The position numbers were made by a program, and so were the translations under genes. The notes under the pieces are model-generated. The model saw nothing but the letters and a program-made list of their open reading frames with translations, had not been told where the DNA came from and did not search any database. This document shows positions 1-8,884 of a stretch of 64,000 nucleotides of DNA, piece by piece. Numbering within the stretch: the first letter of the stretch is position 1; the number at the start of each line of letters is the position of its first letter. Origin of the DNA: an uncultured Candidatus Saccharimonadales bacterium (GTDB lineage Bacteria; Patescibacteriota; Saccharimonadia; UBA4664); NCBI GenBank assembly GCA_964609585.1, contig CAZSRA010000003.1, positions 35,405 to 99,404 on the forward strand, in the 5' to 3' direction.

Positions 1-14
1 TACGCATTGTCAAA

Positions 15-43
15 TTGACACTTATGATATTATTCTGTATAAT
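15..43 (+). promoter_or_regulatory. Perfect consensus sigma70 promoter for the 136..1218 gene
   Basis: TTGACA (15-20), 17-bp spacer, TATAAT (38-43). Confidence 0.85.
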
Positions 44-135
44 ATACTTTGCACTTAAGAACCTCTTGGTGCCGCCTGATGTCCAGCCTAAGGAGCTGGC
101 AAGGCGCTGTTCCCGAACAAGAAGAAGGACCTGAA

Positions 136-1218
136 ATGTCCAAGACCCGTGCACTCCTCCTCGCTGCCGCTGGCCTGCTGGTCATCGGAGCGGCCGCGGC
201 CATCGGGGCCGCACTCCTCCTGACCCGAACGGAGGAGGAGCCCCAGCCGAACCCGGCCGGTGACCTCAGCTCCATCCACCTCTCCGACGAGTCGAAGGAG
301 ACGGACGGGGCTTCGGCCCACGAGAACGCGGGTCTGGACGAGGACCCGCAGAACCCGGCAGAGTCGGACCCCAAGCCGGCGACCACGCCGACAACCGAGG
401 CCGAAGCTGCGTCCCCGACGCCGGTCCGACCCAAGGGCGGCCTGGCGAGCGTCGTGGCAGCTTCGTTCCGGAACGGGACCGTGTTGCCGACAGCACCTGC
501 GGCCCCCAGCGCCGAGGAGACCTGCAAGCTGAGCCTGATCGTCATCGGCCCGAACGACAACTTCCAGCTGCAGTCCTACAGCGAGATCAACGGCGCGCTG
601 GTCGCCAGGGTCTGGTGGAACGGCCACTGGTATGACGCCGCGAAGCACACCTGCCCCACCCATTCCCAGGGCGGCTGGTACAAGCACATGCGCGGCTTGT
701 TCAACCTCACTGGCGTGACGCCTGTGTGGACGCCTCCGGAGCCGATCGCGGCTCCGGCACCGGCGCTCGAGCAGCCGCAGAGCATGCCGGTCATCCCGAA
801 GCCCGCCACTCCGACCCTCCTCGCGCCACCCTCCCGGGTGGCTGAGACGGCACCCGTGCGCCAGGCCAAGGAGCTGAGCTGCTTGCCGGGTACCGTGGCT
901 GTCAGCGACGGAATCCTGGTCATCAGTTACGGCCACGGATGCGCCCAGATCCGTGTCGACAACGCCACCTTCCAGGTCAAGGCACACAAGTGCGACCGAC
1001 ACAAGGCCAACTGCTTCACCGGGCGCGACCGGACGGTCTACGACCTCTCCGGTCTCGAGGACCGGCGTGGCCGCGCGTCGGCCCTCCCTGTCGCCACTAT
1101 CAGGTCGAAGTCGTCGCGTCCCAAGAAGGGATCGACCACACAGACTGCTCCGACTACTCAGGCTCCGAAGCCGCAGAAGCGGTCCAAGGCCGACCGGTAC
1201 GCGGCCCGTCAGCGCTAG
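136..1218 (+). CDS. GC-rich hypothetical membrane-anchored/secreted protein with Pro/Ala/Thr-rich linkers
   Basis: ORF 49..1218; likely start ATG 136 after AGAAGGA RBS; N-terminal hydrophobic helix (ALLLAAAGLLVIGAAAAIGAALLL); strong GC3 bias; own promoter and terminator. Confidence 0.75.
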   Translation: MSKTRALLLAAAGLLVIGAAAAIGAALLLTRTEEEPQPNPAGDLSSIHLSDESKETDGASAHENAGLDEDPQNPAESDPKPATTPTTEAEAASPTPVRPKGGLASVVAASFRNGTVLPTAPAAPSAEETCKLSLIVIGPNDNFQLQSYSEINGALVARVWWNGHWYDAAKHTCPTHSQGGWYKHMRGLFNLTGVTPVWTPPEPIAAPAPALEQPQSMPVIPKPATPTLLAPPSRVAETAPVRQAKELSCLPGTVAVSDGILVISYGHGCAQIRVDNATFQVKAHKCDRHKANCFTGRDRTVYDLSGLEDRRGRASALPVATIRSKSSRPKKGSTTQTAPTTQAPKPQKRSKADRYAARQR

Positions 1219-1276
1219 CCCCCCATCCGGACAAACGTCCGGTCCACCCAGGCCACATGGCACAGATGCCAGGCCG

Positions 1277-1304
1277 GCGCCCCGTAGATTCTTCTACGGG
1301 GCGC
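1277..1304 (+). terminator. Hairpin terminator after the GC-rich gene
   Basis: 12-bp perfect stem GCGCCCCGTAGA-ttct-TCTACGGGGCGC. Confidence 0.75.
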
Positions 1305-1353
1305 TCAACGTTTTGCGGTACAATTGTTAGCACAAAGAAGGACTTCTACCATT

Positions 1354-2823
1354 ATGACCACCACATCTACTAAGCCTCAAGCTGATATTGCCGTAATTGG
1401 TTTGGCCGTAATGGGTCAAAATTTGATTTTAAACATGAATGATCACGGTTTTAAGGTAGTGGCTTTTAACCGGACGACGAGTAAGGTGGATGATTTTTTG
1501 GCGAATGAGGCTAAGGGCACCGAGATCGTGGGAGCGCAGTCGATCGAGGAGATGGTGCGCCTTTTAAAGCGGCCGCGACGGGTGATGCTGATGGTGAAGG
1601 CTGGCGAGGCAGTGGACGGGACGATTGAGCAACTGCTGCCGCATTTGGAGGCGGGCGACATCATCATAGACGGCGGAAATTCACTGTTTACCGATACCGC
1701 TAGACGGGTGAAATATGTGGAGTCGAAGGGGCTTTTGTACGTGGGTACGGGGGTTTCGGGCGGAGAAGAGGGAGCGCGCCGTGGGCCTTCGATTATGCCG
1801 GGGGGATCGCCAGCCGCTTGGCCCCATGTGAAAGAGCTCTTCCAGGCGATTGCAGCCAAGGTAGAAGACGGCTCGCCGTGTTGTGAATGGGTGGGTGAAG
1901 GCGGGGCGGGACATTACGTGAAGATGGTGCATAACGGCATTGAATACGGGGATATGCAGTTGATTGCCGAGGCGTATCAGCTGCTGCGTGACCGGGCTGG
2001 ACTGGGTGCCGAGGAAATGGCCGGGGTATTTGCGGATTGGAATAAAACCGAGCTCGATAGCTATTTAGTTGAGATTACTGCCGAGATTTTGGCATTTAAG
2101 GACGAGGACGGCGCGCCACTCGTGGATAAAATTTTGGATAGCGCTGGGCAAAAGGGCACGGGTAAATGGACGGTAATTGATTCAGCGCAGCTAGGCCAGC
2201 CGGTGACATTGATTGCGGAGGCGGTATTTGCACGGTGTCTTTCGGCACTGAAGGATGAACGAGTGGTGGCGAGCAAACGGCTGCAGGGACCAAATAGGGG
2301 TGAAGTGGAGGATGCTGCAGCTTTTACTGAGCAGGTAAGGCAGGCGTTGTATGCTTCGAAGATCGTGAGCTATGCGCAAGGATATATGCTGATGCAAGCG
2401 GCGGCGCGAGAGTACGGCTGGAACCTGAATTACGGCGGGATTGCGCTGATGTGGCGCGGCGGCTGTATTATTCGTAGCCGTTTTTTGGGCGACATCAAGG
2501 CTGCCTTTGATGCGGACGGGGCGTTGGCTAATTTACTTTTGGCACCATTTTTTGCGGGCGCTATCGAAAAGGCTCAGCCGGCTTGGCGGGCGGTGATTTC
2601 CGGGGCGGTGATGAGCGGGATTCCAGTACCAGCCTTTAGTACGGCGCTGGCGTTTTATGATGGATACCGCACGGAGCGCGGTTCGGCGGGGCTGATTCAA
2701 GCTCAACGCGACTTTTTTGGGGCTCATACGTATGAGCGGATTGACCAACCACGGGGCGAGTTTTCTCACACAAACTGGACAGGGCACGGCGGTTCGACGA
2801 GCGCTGGGACGTATACGGCTTAA
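1354..2823 (+). CDS. gnd: 6-phosphogluconate dehydrogenase, decarboxylating (NADP)
   Basis: IGLAVMGQNL Rossmann motif, GVSGGEEGA, VKMVHNGIEYGDMQ, QAQRDFFGAHTY; start taken at ATG 1354. Confidence 0.97.
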   Translation: MTTTSTKPQADIAVIGLAVMGQNLILNMNDHGFKVVAFNRTTSKVDDFLANEAKGTEIVGAQSIEEMVRLLKRPRRVMLMVKAGEAVDGTIEQLLPHLEAGDIIIDGGNSLFTDTARRVKYVESKGLLYVGTGVSGGEEGARRGPSIMPGGSPAAWPHVKELFQAIAAKVEDGSPCCEWVGEGGAGHYVKMVHNGIEYGDMQLIAEAYQLLRDRAGLGAEEMAGVFADWNKTELDSYLVEITAEILAFKDEDGAPLVDKILDSAGQKGTGKWTVIDSAQLGQPVTLIAEAVFARCLSALKDERVVASKRLQGPNRGEVEDAAAFTEQVRQALYASKIVSYAQGYMLMQAAAREYGWNLNYGGIALMWRGGCIIRSRFLGDIKAAFDADGALANLLLAPFFAGAIEKAQPAWRAVISGAVMSGIPVPAFSTALAFYDGYRTERGSAGLIQAQRDFFGAHTYERIDQPRGEFSHTNWTGHGGSTSAGTYTA

Positions 2824-2949
2824 GCGGCTTTGTCGAATTTAGCTTGAGGATTAGGTTGATAATGGGTGACCTCCTGCCTGTGGTCGCCAGGTTGTTTGGT
2901 TATTTCTGCTGGATCCGTGGCGAAGAAGCCATCCTGTTCGTGTTTGCTT

Positions 2950-3828
2950 TTAAGCTTGAACTCCATGAATAGCGGTCCGGACGATGTTTTCGGTGAGGTT
3001 GGTGCAATTTAGGCACAGGTTTTGCTGCGAGCAGTCTGCGCAAACCAGTATGAGCGCGTTGCATTCCGGACGGGCGCAGTTGTGGTAAGTATTGGTGGGA
3101 GCGGCGCAGAAATGGCACTGGCCGAGGGCTTTGGGATGGTCGTTAAAGGCAACACTCATGCGGTCGTCGAAGACGAAGCATTCGCCTTCGAAGGCGCCTT
3201 CGGGATAGGCTTTGGCGTATTCGATGATGCCGCCCTCGAGCTGATAAACGTTTTTGAAACCACGCTGCTTCATGAGGGCAGAGGCTTTTTCACAGCGGAT
3301 ACCGCCGGTGCAGTAGGTGATGACGGTTTTGTCTTTGAGATCTTCATAATCGCCCAGGGCCTCGGGTAGGTTTTTGAATAGATCAATGGAAGGCGTGACG
3401 GCGCCGCGGAAACGACCAATGGCGGATTCATAAGCATTACGAGCATCGAAGAGGACGACATTGGGATCGGCCGTGAGTTCATGAAACTGAGTGGGAGTGA
3501 GCTTGGGGGCGGTGTCGCCGGGGTCAACGTCCACGCCAAGAGTAACGATTTCGGGGCGCACTTTGATGCGCAGACGCGGGAATGGAATGGTTTGGCTGGC
3601 ATCGCGTTTGTAGGTGATACCGGCAAATTGCGGGTGTTGGTTCATGGCTGCGATATAGGCCTCGATGCTACCCGCGGGGCCGGCAAGTGTGGCATTAATC
3701 CCCTCTTCGGCAAGGAGAATACGACCCTTCAGGCCCAGATCCTCGCAGAGCTTGCGCTGAGCCTTTCGCTCGGCTTCGGGGCTGGGTAGGGTGATGTATT
3801 TGTAGAAGAGGATGACGGCGTTCGGCAT
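2950..3828 (-). CDS. trhO: Rhodanese-domain protein, TrhO/YceA (UPF0176) family
   Basis: LFYKY, GRILLAEEGINAT, YCTGGIRCEKAS, QLEGGI, CFVFDDR, C-terminal Cys cluster. Confidence 0.88.
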   Translation of the reverse strand: MPNAVILFYKYITLPSPEAERKAQRKLCEDLGLKGRILLAEEGINATLAGPAGSIEAYIAAMNQHPQFAGITYKRDASQTIPFPRLRIKVRPEIVTLGVDVDPGDTAPKLTPTQFHELTADPNVVLFDARNAYESAIGRFRGAVTPSIDLFKNLPEALGDYEDLKDKTVITYCTGGIRCEKASALMKQRGFKNVYQLEGGIIEYAKAYPEGAFEGECFVFDDRMSVAFNDHPKALGQCHFCAAPTNTYHNCARPECNALILVCADCSQQNLCLNCTNLTENIVRTAIHGVQA

Positions 3829-3837
3829 GGGTGTTCG

Positions 3838-5172
3838 TTAATTTATGGCGTGAGTTTTGATGAGGTTGAGCTGGGTCTGGTCGAAGCAATCATACTTGCC
3901 CGCGAAGAATTCATCAAAGGTGTCGGTATCGAGGCCATGAGTGTCAAGATACTCATTGAGCAAAAGGATGCCGCGCCAATATTTGGTAGTGGAACGTTCG
4001 ACGATCTGAGGTGTGCCAAGGCGCAGTGTTCGAATAACCCGCCCAAAGGCTCTGCGGCCATACTCATAATTTCGTTTTGTGAATGTGGTGTCATCGGGAT
4101 TGCCCAGACAAATAAGCAGGGCCTTAGTAAGCCGGTGAATTTCGCGAAAGGTGCGTTCAGGGCTGCTGGCAGCAAAATGTATGACCACAAAAGAGATGAG
4201 AGCGCTGAGTGGCTCATAGTCGACTTGGGTGGCGCTACCGAGTAAAACCCCAAAGGCTTCTTCGGTCGGGCCATACCCGCACATGCCCACGGCAGCAAGG
4301 CGTTCGCGACTGTTTTCGCCGTTGACCGAACGCGCGATGTGCACCCCGATTTCATGAACGACAAGATTTTCGACGTGGTCTTTGGTGTATTGTCGCCCGG
4401 CCGGAACGATGATAGCGCGACGGTCGTGATCGATGAAAACGTTGGGCGCCCCGTCTAAAACGAGGACCCCCCAACCCGTGGTTTTGCCCAAAATGCGGTC
4501 AATAGCTGCTTCCAGGATAGATTCGACGTCTTTCGAGCTGATGGCCGGCTCATGGAGGTAGGGCTGCATAAGCTCATGAACAAAACCGAAGCGACGCTCA
4601 ACGAGCGGTATTACCTGGGTGCGATAGTAGTCAAAGCTCGTGAGAACTTTGCTGATGTCACCGCTTGAGGGGATGTTTTGCCAGACGCCTAGAAGCCGGG
4701 CTTGCTCTTCGGCGACTCCGGCGGAGCGAGGCGTGAGATTTTCGATGCGCTGCTTGAGGTTGCTAAGCACCTCATCGAATCGAAGATCGGATAGCCGGCC
4801 GTAAAGTTCGTCGCAATAGTGTTGTGTTTTTACAGGATCTTCGACGTTCAATACAAGATTTAGAAGCATAAGACGCTCGCGCTCAAAGGCCTCATACGCA
4901 GGCAGGCAAGGATACTCGGCTTTGGCATGCGAATCTAGGCTTCCCAGAAAGTGCTCAATGGTTTGCTTGTAGCTTAGGGCTAGCTCGGTGCTTATCCCTC
5001 CCTCTGGCACTGGTTGGTCACCTATGCCTTCGAGAAATGTTTGTATGCTCGCTTCCGTAAATTTTGGCCAGAGAGTACTCATATGGAACATGGGCGCGGA
5101 TTCCTCGTGCCACCGATCGAATAAGCAGGGGTTTTGCGCTTCCAACATCTTGTAATATCCTCTTTCGATCAC
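3838..5172 (-). CDS. DUF1704/MATCAP-like zinc carboxypeptidase
   Basis: VHEIGVHIAR zincin-like motif followed by TEEAFG; C-terminal KYWRG...GKYD pattern. Confidence 0.7.
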   Translation of the reverse strand: MIERGYYKMLEAQNPCLFDRWHEESAPMFHMSTLWPKFTEASIQTFLEGIGDQPVPEGGISTELALSYKQTIEHFLGSLDSHAKAEYPCLPAYEAFERERLMLLNLVLNVEDPVKTQHYCDELYGRLSDLRFDEVLSNLKQRIENLTPRSAGVAEEQARLLGVWQNIPSSGDISKVLTSFDYYRTQVIPLVERRFGFVHELMQPYLHEPAISSKDVESILEAAIDRILGKTTGWGVLVLDGAPNVFIDHDRRAIIVPAGRQYTKDHVENLVVHEIGVHIARSVNGENSRERLAAVGMCGYGPTEEAFGVLLGSATQVDYEPLSALISFVVIHFAASSPERTFREIHRLTKALLICLGNPDDTTFTKRNYEYGRRAFGRVIRTLRLGTPQIVERSTTKYWRGILLLNEYLDTHGLDTDTFDEFFAGKYDCFDQTQLNLIKTHAIN

Positions 5173-5207
5173 TACTCTTAATTACGATACTTTAGAAGAA
5201 TTGAGCT

Positions 5208-6131
5208 ATGAAAAAAACGATCGCCTTTTTTGTTCGGGATGTTGACGCGAGTAAAGAGCCGTTTTCAGATCGCGAATACTATTATTACTCATACCAACAT
5301 TACTTACTAGCCATGAAGCAGGCCGGAGCCCAGGTGTATTTTGTGACGGGCGGCGATAATTATTTGGGCAAGGGCCGGTTTGCACATGCCTGGACTATTG
5401 ATGAGGTTAGCGAAGTTCGCGATTTTCAGCAAGTAGGCGAGATTCAGGCGGATATTGTATTTGAGAAGGGTGGGTTTAGGGAATTGGACGTGCCGACGGT
5501 CACGGACGTACGGCTTTATCCTTTGCTCCTCGACAAGGCGGCGACGTACGAGCGCTTTAGCCAGTACCAAGCGAAGACGATTGTGTGCGCCGACAAAGAG
5601 GAGCTGGAGGCTGCTTTTAAGCAGGTTGTGGGCGAAATGGTGGTTGTAAAGAACCCGGTTAGTAATGGCGGCAAGCAAGTATACATTGGCACTAAGCAAA
5701 CGATTCAGATTCCAGAGACCGAGACTTACCCCCTGATGGTTCAAGAATTTATCGATATGAGTGATGGTGTGCCTGGCCTTGCTGCGGGCATCCACGACGT
5801 GCGGGTACTTATGACGGGGCGAGAGATTGTTGGTGCAACTTTGAGGCAGCCAGCAGCTGGAAAATATCATGCTAATGTCTCTCAGGGAGGCAGTGAGCGC
5901 TTTTTGCGAACTGCGCAGATTCCAGCCGAAGTCCGAGAGATGGCTCTAGAGATAGATGCTCAGCTGGATGATTTTCCGCGGTTTTATGCTATTGATTTTG
6001 CTAAGGGTAAACAAGGCTGGCTGATGGTGGAGCTCAATCCAAGACCTGGCCTTAATACCAGGTCCGACGCAGGTCCGGTGGCACTTGAGATTATGCGTGA
6101 CGTTGCAGCCTACATCGCGGGACTGGCGTGA
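5208..6131 (+). CDS. ATP-grasp ligase, RimK/GshB-like
   Basis: VVKNPVSNGGKQV, MVQEFID, HDVRV, ANVSQGG, AIDF, VELNPRPG. Confidence 0.85.
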   Translation: MKKTIAFFVRDVDASKEPFSDREYYYYSYQHYLLAMKQAGAQVYFVTGGDNYLGKGRFAHAWTIDEVSEVRDFQQVGEIQADIVFEKGGFRELDVPTVTDVRLYPLLLDKAATYERFSQYQAKTIVCADKEELEAAFKQVVGEMVVVKNPVSNGGKQVYIGTKQTIQIPETETYPLMVQEFIDMSDGVPGLAAGIHDVRVLMTGREIVGATLRQPAAGKYHANVSQGGSERFLRTAQIPAEVREMALEIDAQLDDFPRFYAIDFAKGKQGWLMVELNPRPGLNTRSDAGPVALEIMRDVAAYIAGLA

Positions 6132-6258
6132 GAGGGATTACCACTCTGGTGATTGAATTTGATGTCTGGTGGTAGTACAATCTCGCGAGTGGCTCAATTG
6201 CAACCGCGCCCTATCGTTCTGTCTATTTGTACTGAAAAAATTATAGGAAGAACATTCT

Positions 6259-7545
6259 ATGGCCCTCTATCATCAAACCAGTAATCGCGACAAGATTTTG
6301 TTCGTTAATAGTTTTGCCGAAGAGCAAGTGGTAGCTCTGGAAAAAATGAGCACAATGCTTGGCAGGAAGATTCAAGCTGTTGTTCTGTTTGATCACAAAA
6401 AAGCGATTCGACAGTGGGTTCAAGACGCAAAAGATATTATTCTCCTGACGGTTGATTTTAGCGACACCGAAGCATTGCAAAATGTCCTGAAACCGTATGT
6501 TGATGACATTTTGACCGCAACGTTTTTGGGTGATGGTAATGCGCCTCATTTGCGCAAAGTAATTCCCTTGATTCCCAACTGTGTACTGCCAACCGAAACT
6601 TCCATTAAATGGACGTCTGAAAAGACCCAGATGCGGGCGCTTTTGCGCAATTATGATAAATCGATCGCTCCAAACTTTTTGGTAGCACACGACGGCAGCC
6701 CCGAAACTATTACAAAGATCGAAAAGCGAGTTGGCTATCCGATGGTCGTAAAACCGTCGGGGCTGGCGGGTAGTTTACTCGTGAGTATTTGTTATCACCG
6801 CGAGGAACTGGAAAAGGTATTGACTCAAACCTTTAAAAAGATTGATCAGGTGTACAAACTCAAGCGAGGTCGTGGGGCACCCGCCATCCTGGTTGAGGAG
6901 TTCATGGAAGGCGACATGTATTCAATTGACGCCTATGTGAATGCGCGCGGCGTGGTTTATTTTGCCCCGCTGGTGTATGTGAAGACAGGCCGAGAAGTCG
7001 GATTTGACGACTTTTTTGGCTATATGCGCATAACACCCACGCAGCTTAATGCTTCTCATACGGAATCCGCTCAAGAAGTGGCCGCCAAAGGCATTAAAGC
7101 CGTGGGTATGCGCAGCACTACCTGCCATATCGAACTGATGCGCACTGAAACAGGCTGGAAGGTGATTGAGCTTGGATCCAGAATTGGCGGTAACCGGCAT
7201 AGTATGTACGAGTTGTCGTTTGGCATTGATCACTCGCTCAATGACTTGCTCATTCGCCTCTCCCGCAAGCCGCTCCTGCCCAAGAAAATTAAGGGTTATA
7301 CGGCTGTGATGGAATTTTACGCCAAAGAAGAGGGTCGGCTAGAAAAGATTCAGGGTCTCTTTAAGATTGAGGCTTTGGAGTCGGTTCAAAAAGTTCGAGT
7401 ATTGAAGGAAATAGGCGACAAATGCACGTTTGCTAAATACGGTGGTAGTCCGGTGCTAAGGATGACCTTATTTAATCCCGTGCGATCGAACGTTTTGGCC
7501 GATATTCGGCGGCTGGAGCAGTATCTCAATATCATCACGAAGTAG
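6259..7545 (+). CDS. ATP-grasp ligase, L-amino-acid-ligase-like
   Basis: GYPMVVKPSGLAGSLLV, LVEEFMEG, HIELM...VIELGSRIGG. Confidence 0.85.
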   Translation: MALYHQTSNRDKILFVNSFAEEQVVALEKMSTMLGRKIQAVVLFDHKKAIRQWVQDAKDIILLTVDFSDTEALQNVLKPYVDDILTATFLGDGNAPHLRKVIPLIPNCVLPTETSIKWTSEKTQMRALLRNYDKSIAPNFLVAHDGSPETITKIEKRVGYPMVVKPSGLAGSLLVSICYHREELEKVLTQTFKKIDQVYKLKRGRGAPAILVEEFMEGDMYSIDAYVNARGVVYFAPLVYVKTGREVGFDDFFGYMRITPTQLNASHTESAQEVAAKGIKAVGMRSTTCHIELMRTETGWKVIELGSRIGGNRHSMYELSFGIDHSLNDLLIRLSRKPLLPKKIKGYTAVMEFYAKEEGRLEKIQGLFKIEALESVQKVRVLKEIGDKCTFAKYGGSPVLRMTLFNPVRSNVLADIRRLEQYLNIITK

Positions 7546-7558
7546 CTAAACCAAAAGT

Positions 7559-7588
7559 AAAAGGGCGCTTCAAAAGGCGCCCGTTTTT
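7559..7588. terminator. Bidirectional terminator between convergent genes
   Basis: AAAA-GGGCGC...GCGCCC-GTTTTT. Confidence 0.6.
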
Positions 7589-7651
7589 ACGTTGTCCGTG
7601 CTGATATAACCTGGGTGTTTCACCGTGACCATCACAGATTCGTGCTTGGTG

Positions 7652-8677
7652 TTATTGGCCGTGTATAAGCGACATGAGGTCTTTGGGATCGCCAAGGTTT
7701 GGGACGAGGCTGAGTTGTTCGCCGAGCTGATACTTGCCCGCCAGTTCATAGGTGAGGCGTAGGGCCGAATAATCTTCGAGAGCAATGCCAACGGAGTCGA
7801 AGAGGGTGATGTCTTCGTTGTTGGTGCGGGCTTGCTTGGTTTTATTTACGAGCTCGTGTAATTCGGCATATACATGTTTTTTGGCTTCGTTGCGGCCAAA
7901 ACGTTGAATTTCGCCTTCGATGAAGGCTTGATCGAAGTATTCAACCACAATACGGCTGCGATTTAGAATTGCAAACTCAAGCTCGGTCTTGCCGGGGCAG
8001 TCGCCGCCAAGGCCGTTTATGTGCATACCAGGCCGTATCCAAGCATCTTTGATGACATCAACGTGGGCTTTGGCGGCGGTGCAGACGGTGACGATATCGG
8101 AGCCGCGGACGGCGGTTTCGGCATCTAGACAGCGTGTGAGTTTTAGGCCGGCATTTTCTAGATTGCGCTCAAATTTGTCCATAGCTTTGGGATCGGTATC
8201 AAAGTAGCGGATTTCGGTAATGTCGCGCACGAGGCATGTGGCTCGGACCTGGAATTCGCTCTGGGCGCCGGTACCGATAATGGCTAACACTTGGGCATTT
8301 TCTCGAGCCATGAGCCGCGTAGCCAGTGCAGCTGTAGCTGCGGTGCGTAGGGCCGTGAGGATGGTCATTTCGCTAAACATGAGGGGGTAGCCGGTGTCGA
8401 TGCGGGCGAGCTGGCCGGTGGCGACGACCGTCATTTGGCTGGTCTGGGGGTTGGCCGGGTGACAGTTTACGTACTTAAACGTGTAGTAGGTGTCGTCGCA
8501 AATGGGCATAAGCTCGAGGACGCCGCCAGGTACATGCATGGCGGGGCGAGGAATGAGAGTAAATTCTGACCAACGAGCAAAATCGCGCTCTAAGGCCTGA
8601 GTGAGATCAGCTAAGAATGTTTCAAGGCCGTGACGTTCGATAAGGTTGATAAGGGTTTCGACGGAGATAATTTTCAT
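7652..8677 (-). CDS. ocd: Ornithine cyclodeaminase (L-ornithine to L-proline)
   Basis: GVLELMP, FKYVNCHPAN, LTALRTAA, IGTGAQSEFQ, GGDCPGKTEL, LFDSVGIALED; start ATG 8677 with AAGGA RBS. Confidence 0.92.
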   Translation of the reverse strand: MKIISVETLINLIERHGLETFLADLTQALERDFARWSEFTLIPRPAMHVPGGVLELMPICDDTYYTFKYVNCHPANPQTSQMTVVATGQLARIDTGYPLMFSEMTILTALRTAATAALATRLMARENAQVLAIIGTGAQSEFQVRATCLVRDITEIRYFDTDPKAMDKFERNLENAGLKLTRCLDAETAVRGSDIVTVCTAAKAHVDVIKDAWIRPGMHINGLGGDCPGKTELEFAILNRSRIVVEYFDQAFIEGEIQRFGRNEAKKHVYAELHELVNKTKQARTNNEDITLFDSVGIALEDYSALRLTYELAGKYQLGEQLSLVPNLGDPKDLMSLIHGQ

Positions 8678-8714
8678 GGGTAGTCCTTTTAGGAAATTGC
8701 AACGCCAGCTTGGT

Positions 8715-8781
8715 GACCAAAACGGCCCCTTCACCGGGGTCGCTTGGTCGTTGCTATTTTTAGTAAAAGAAATACCCCGGT
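8715..8781 (-). promoter_or_regulatory. Attenuator: terminator hairpin and alternative antiterminator
   Basis: Minus strand CGACCCC-GGTGAA-GGGGCCG-TTTT (8742-8719); upstream ACCGGGGT (8781-8774) is perfectly complementary to ACCCCGGT (8740-8733) in the terminator 5' arm. Confidence 0.75.
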
Positions 8782-8783
8782 TG

Positions 8784-8837
8784 TCAGATCGGCTGCGGCT
8801 GCGGCGGGATGGGCTGGAGGGAGAAGGTTTTCTTCAT
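8784..8837 (-). CDS. Proline-rich leader peptide MKKTFSLQPIPPQPQPI (17 aa)
   Basis: Manual translation; 5 Pro codons in the last 9; extended -10 TGcTACACT 10 nt upstream of ATG; directly precedes the attenuator and ocd. Confidence 0.78.
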   Translation of the reverse strand: MKKTFSLQPIPPQPQPI

Positions 8838-8884
8838 AATTGGACTGAGTGTAGCATTAAGATTGCTGGATGTACAAGGCGAAC

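Noticed and set aside
80-135. Hammerhead-like CTGATG...GAAA in the leader (similar CTGA...GAAAC near 32815-32830)
   Set aside because: Core CUGANGA and the three-stem geometry are not satisfied
30-1373. Long antisense and alternative-frame ORFs over the first gene (e.g. 88..1263 minus)
   Set aside because: Expected shadow ORFs in high-GC DNA; promoter, RBS and terminator all support the plus-strand frame
8678-8734. ORF-track N-terminal extension of ocd to 8734
   Set aside because: Runs through the attenuator hairpin; RBS and family N-terminus fit ATG 8677
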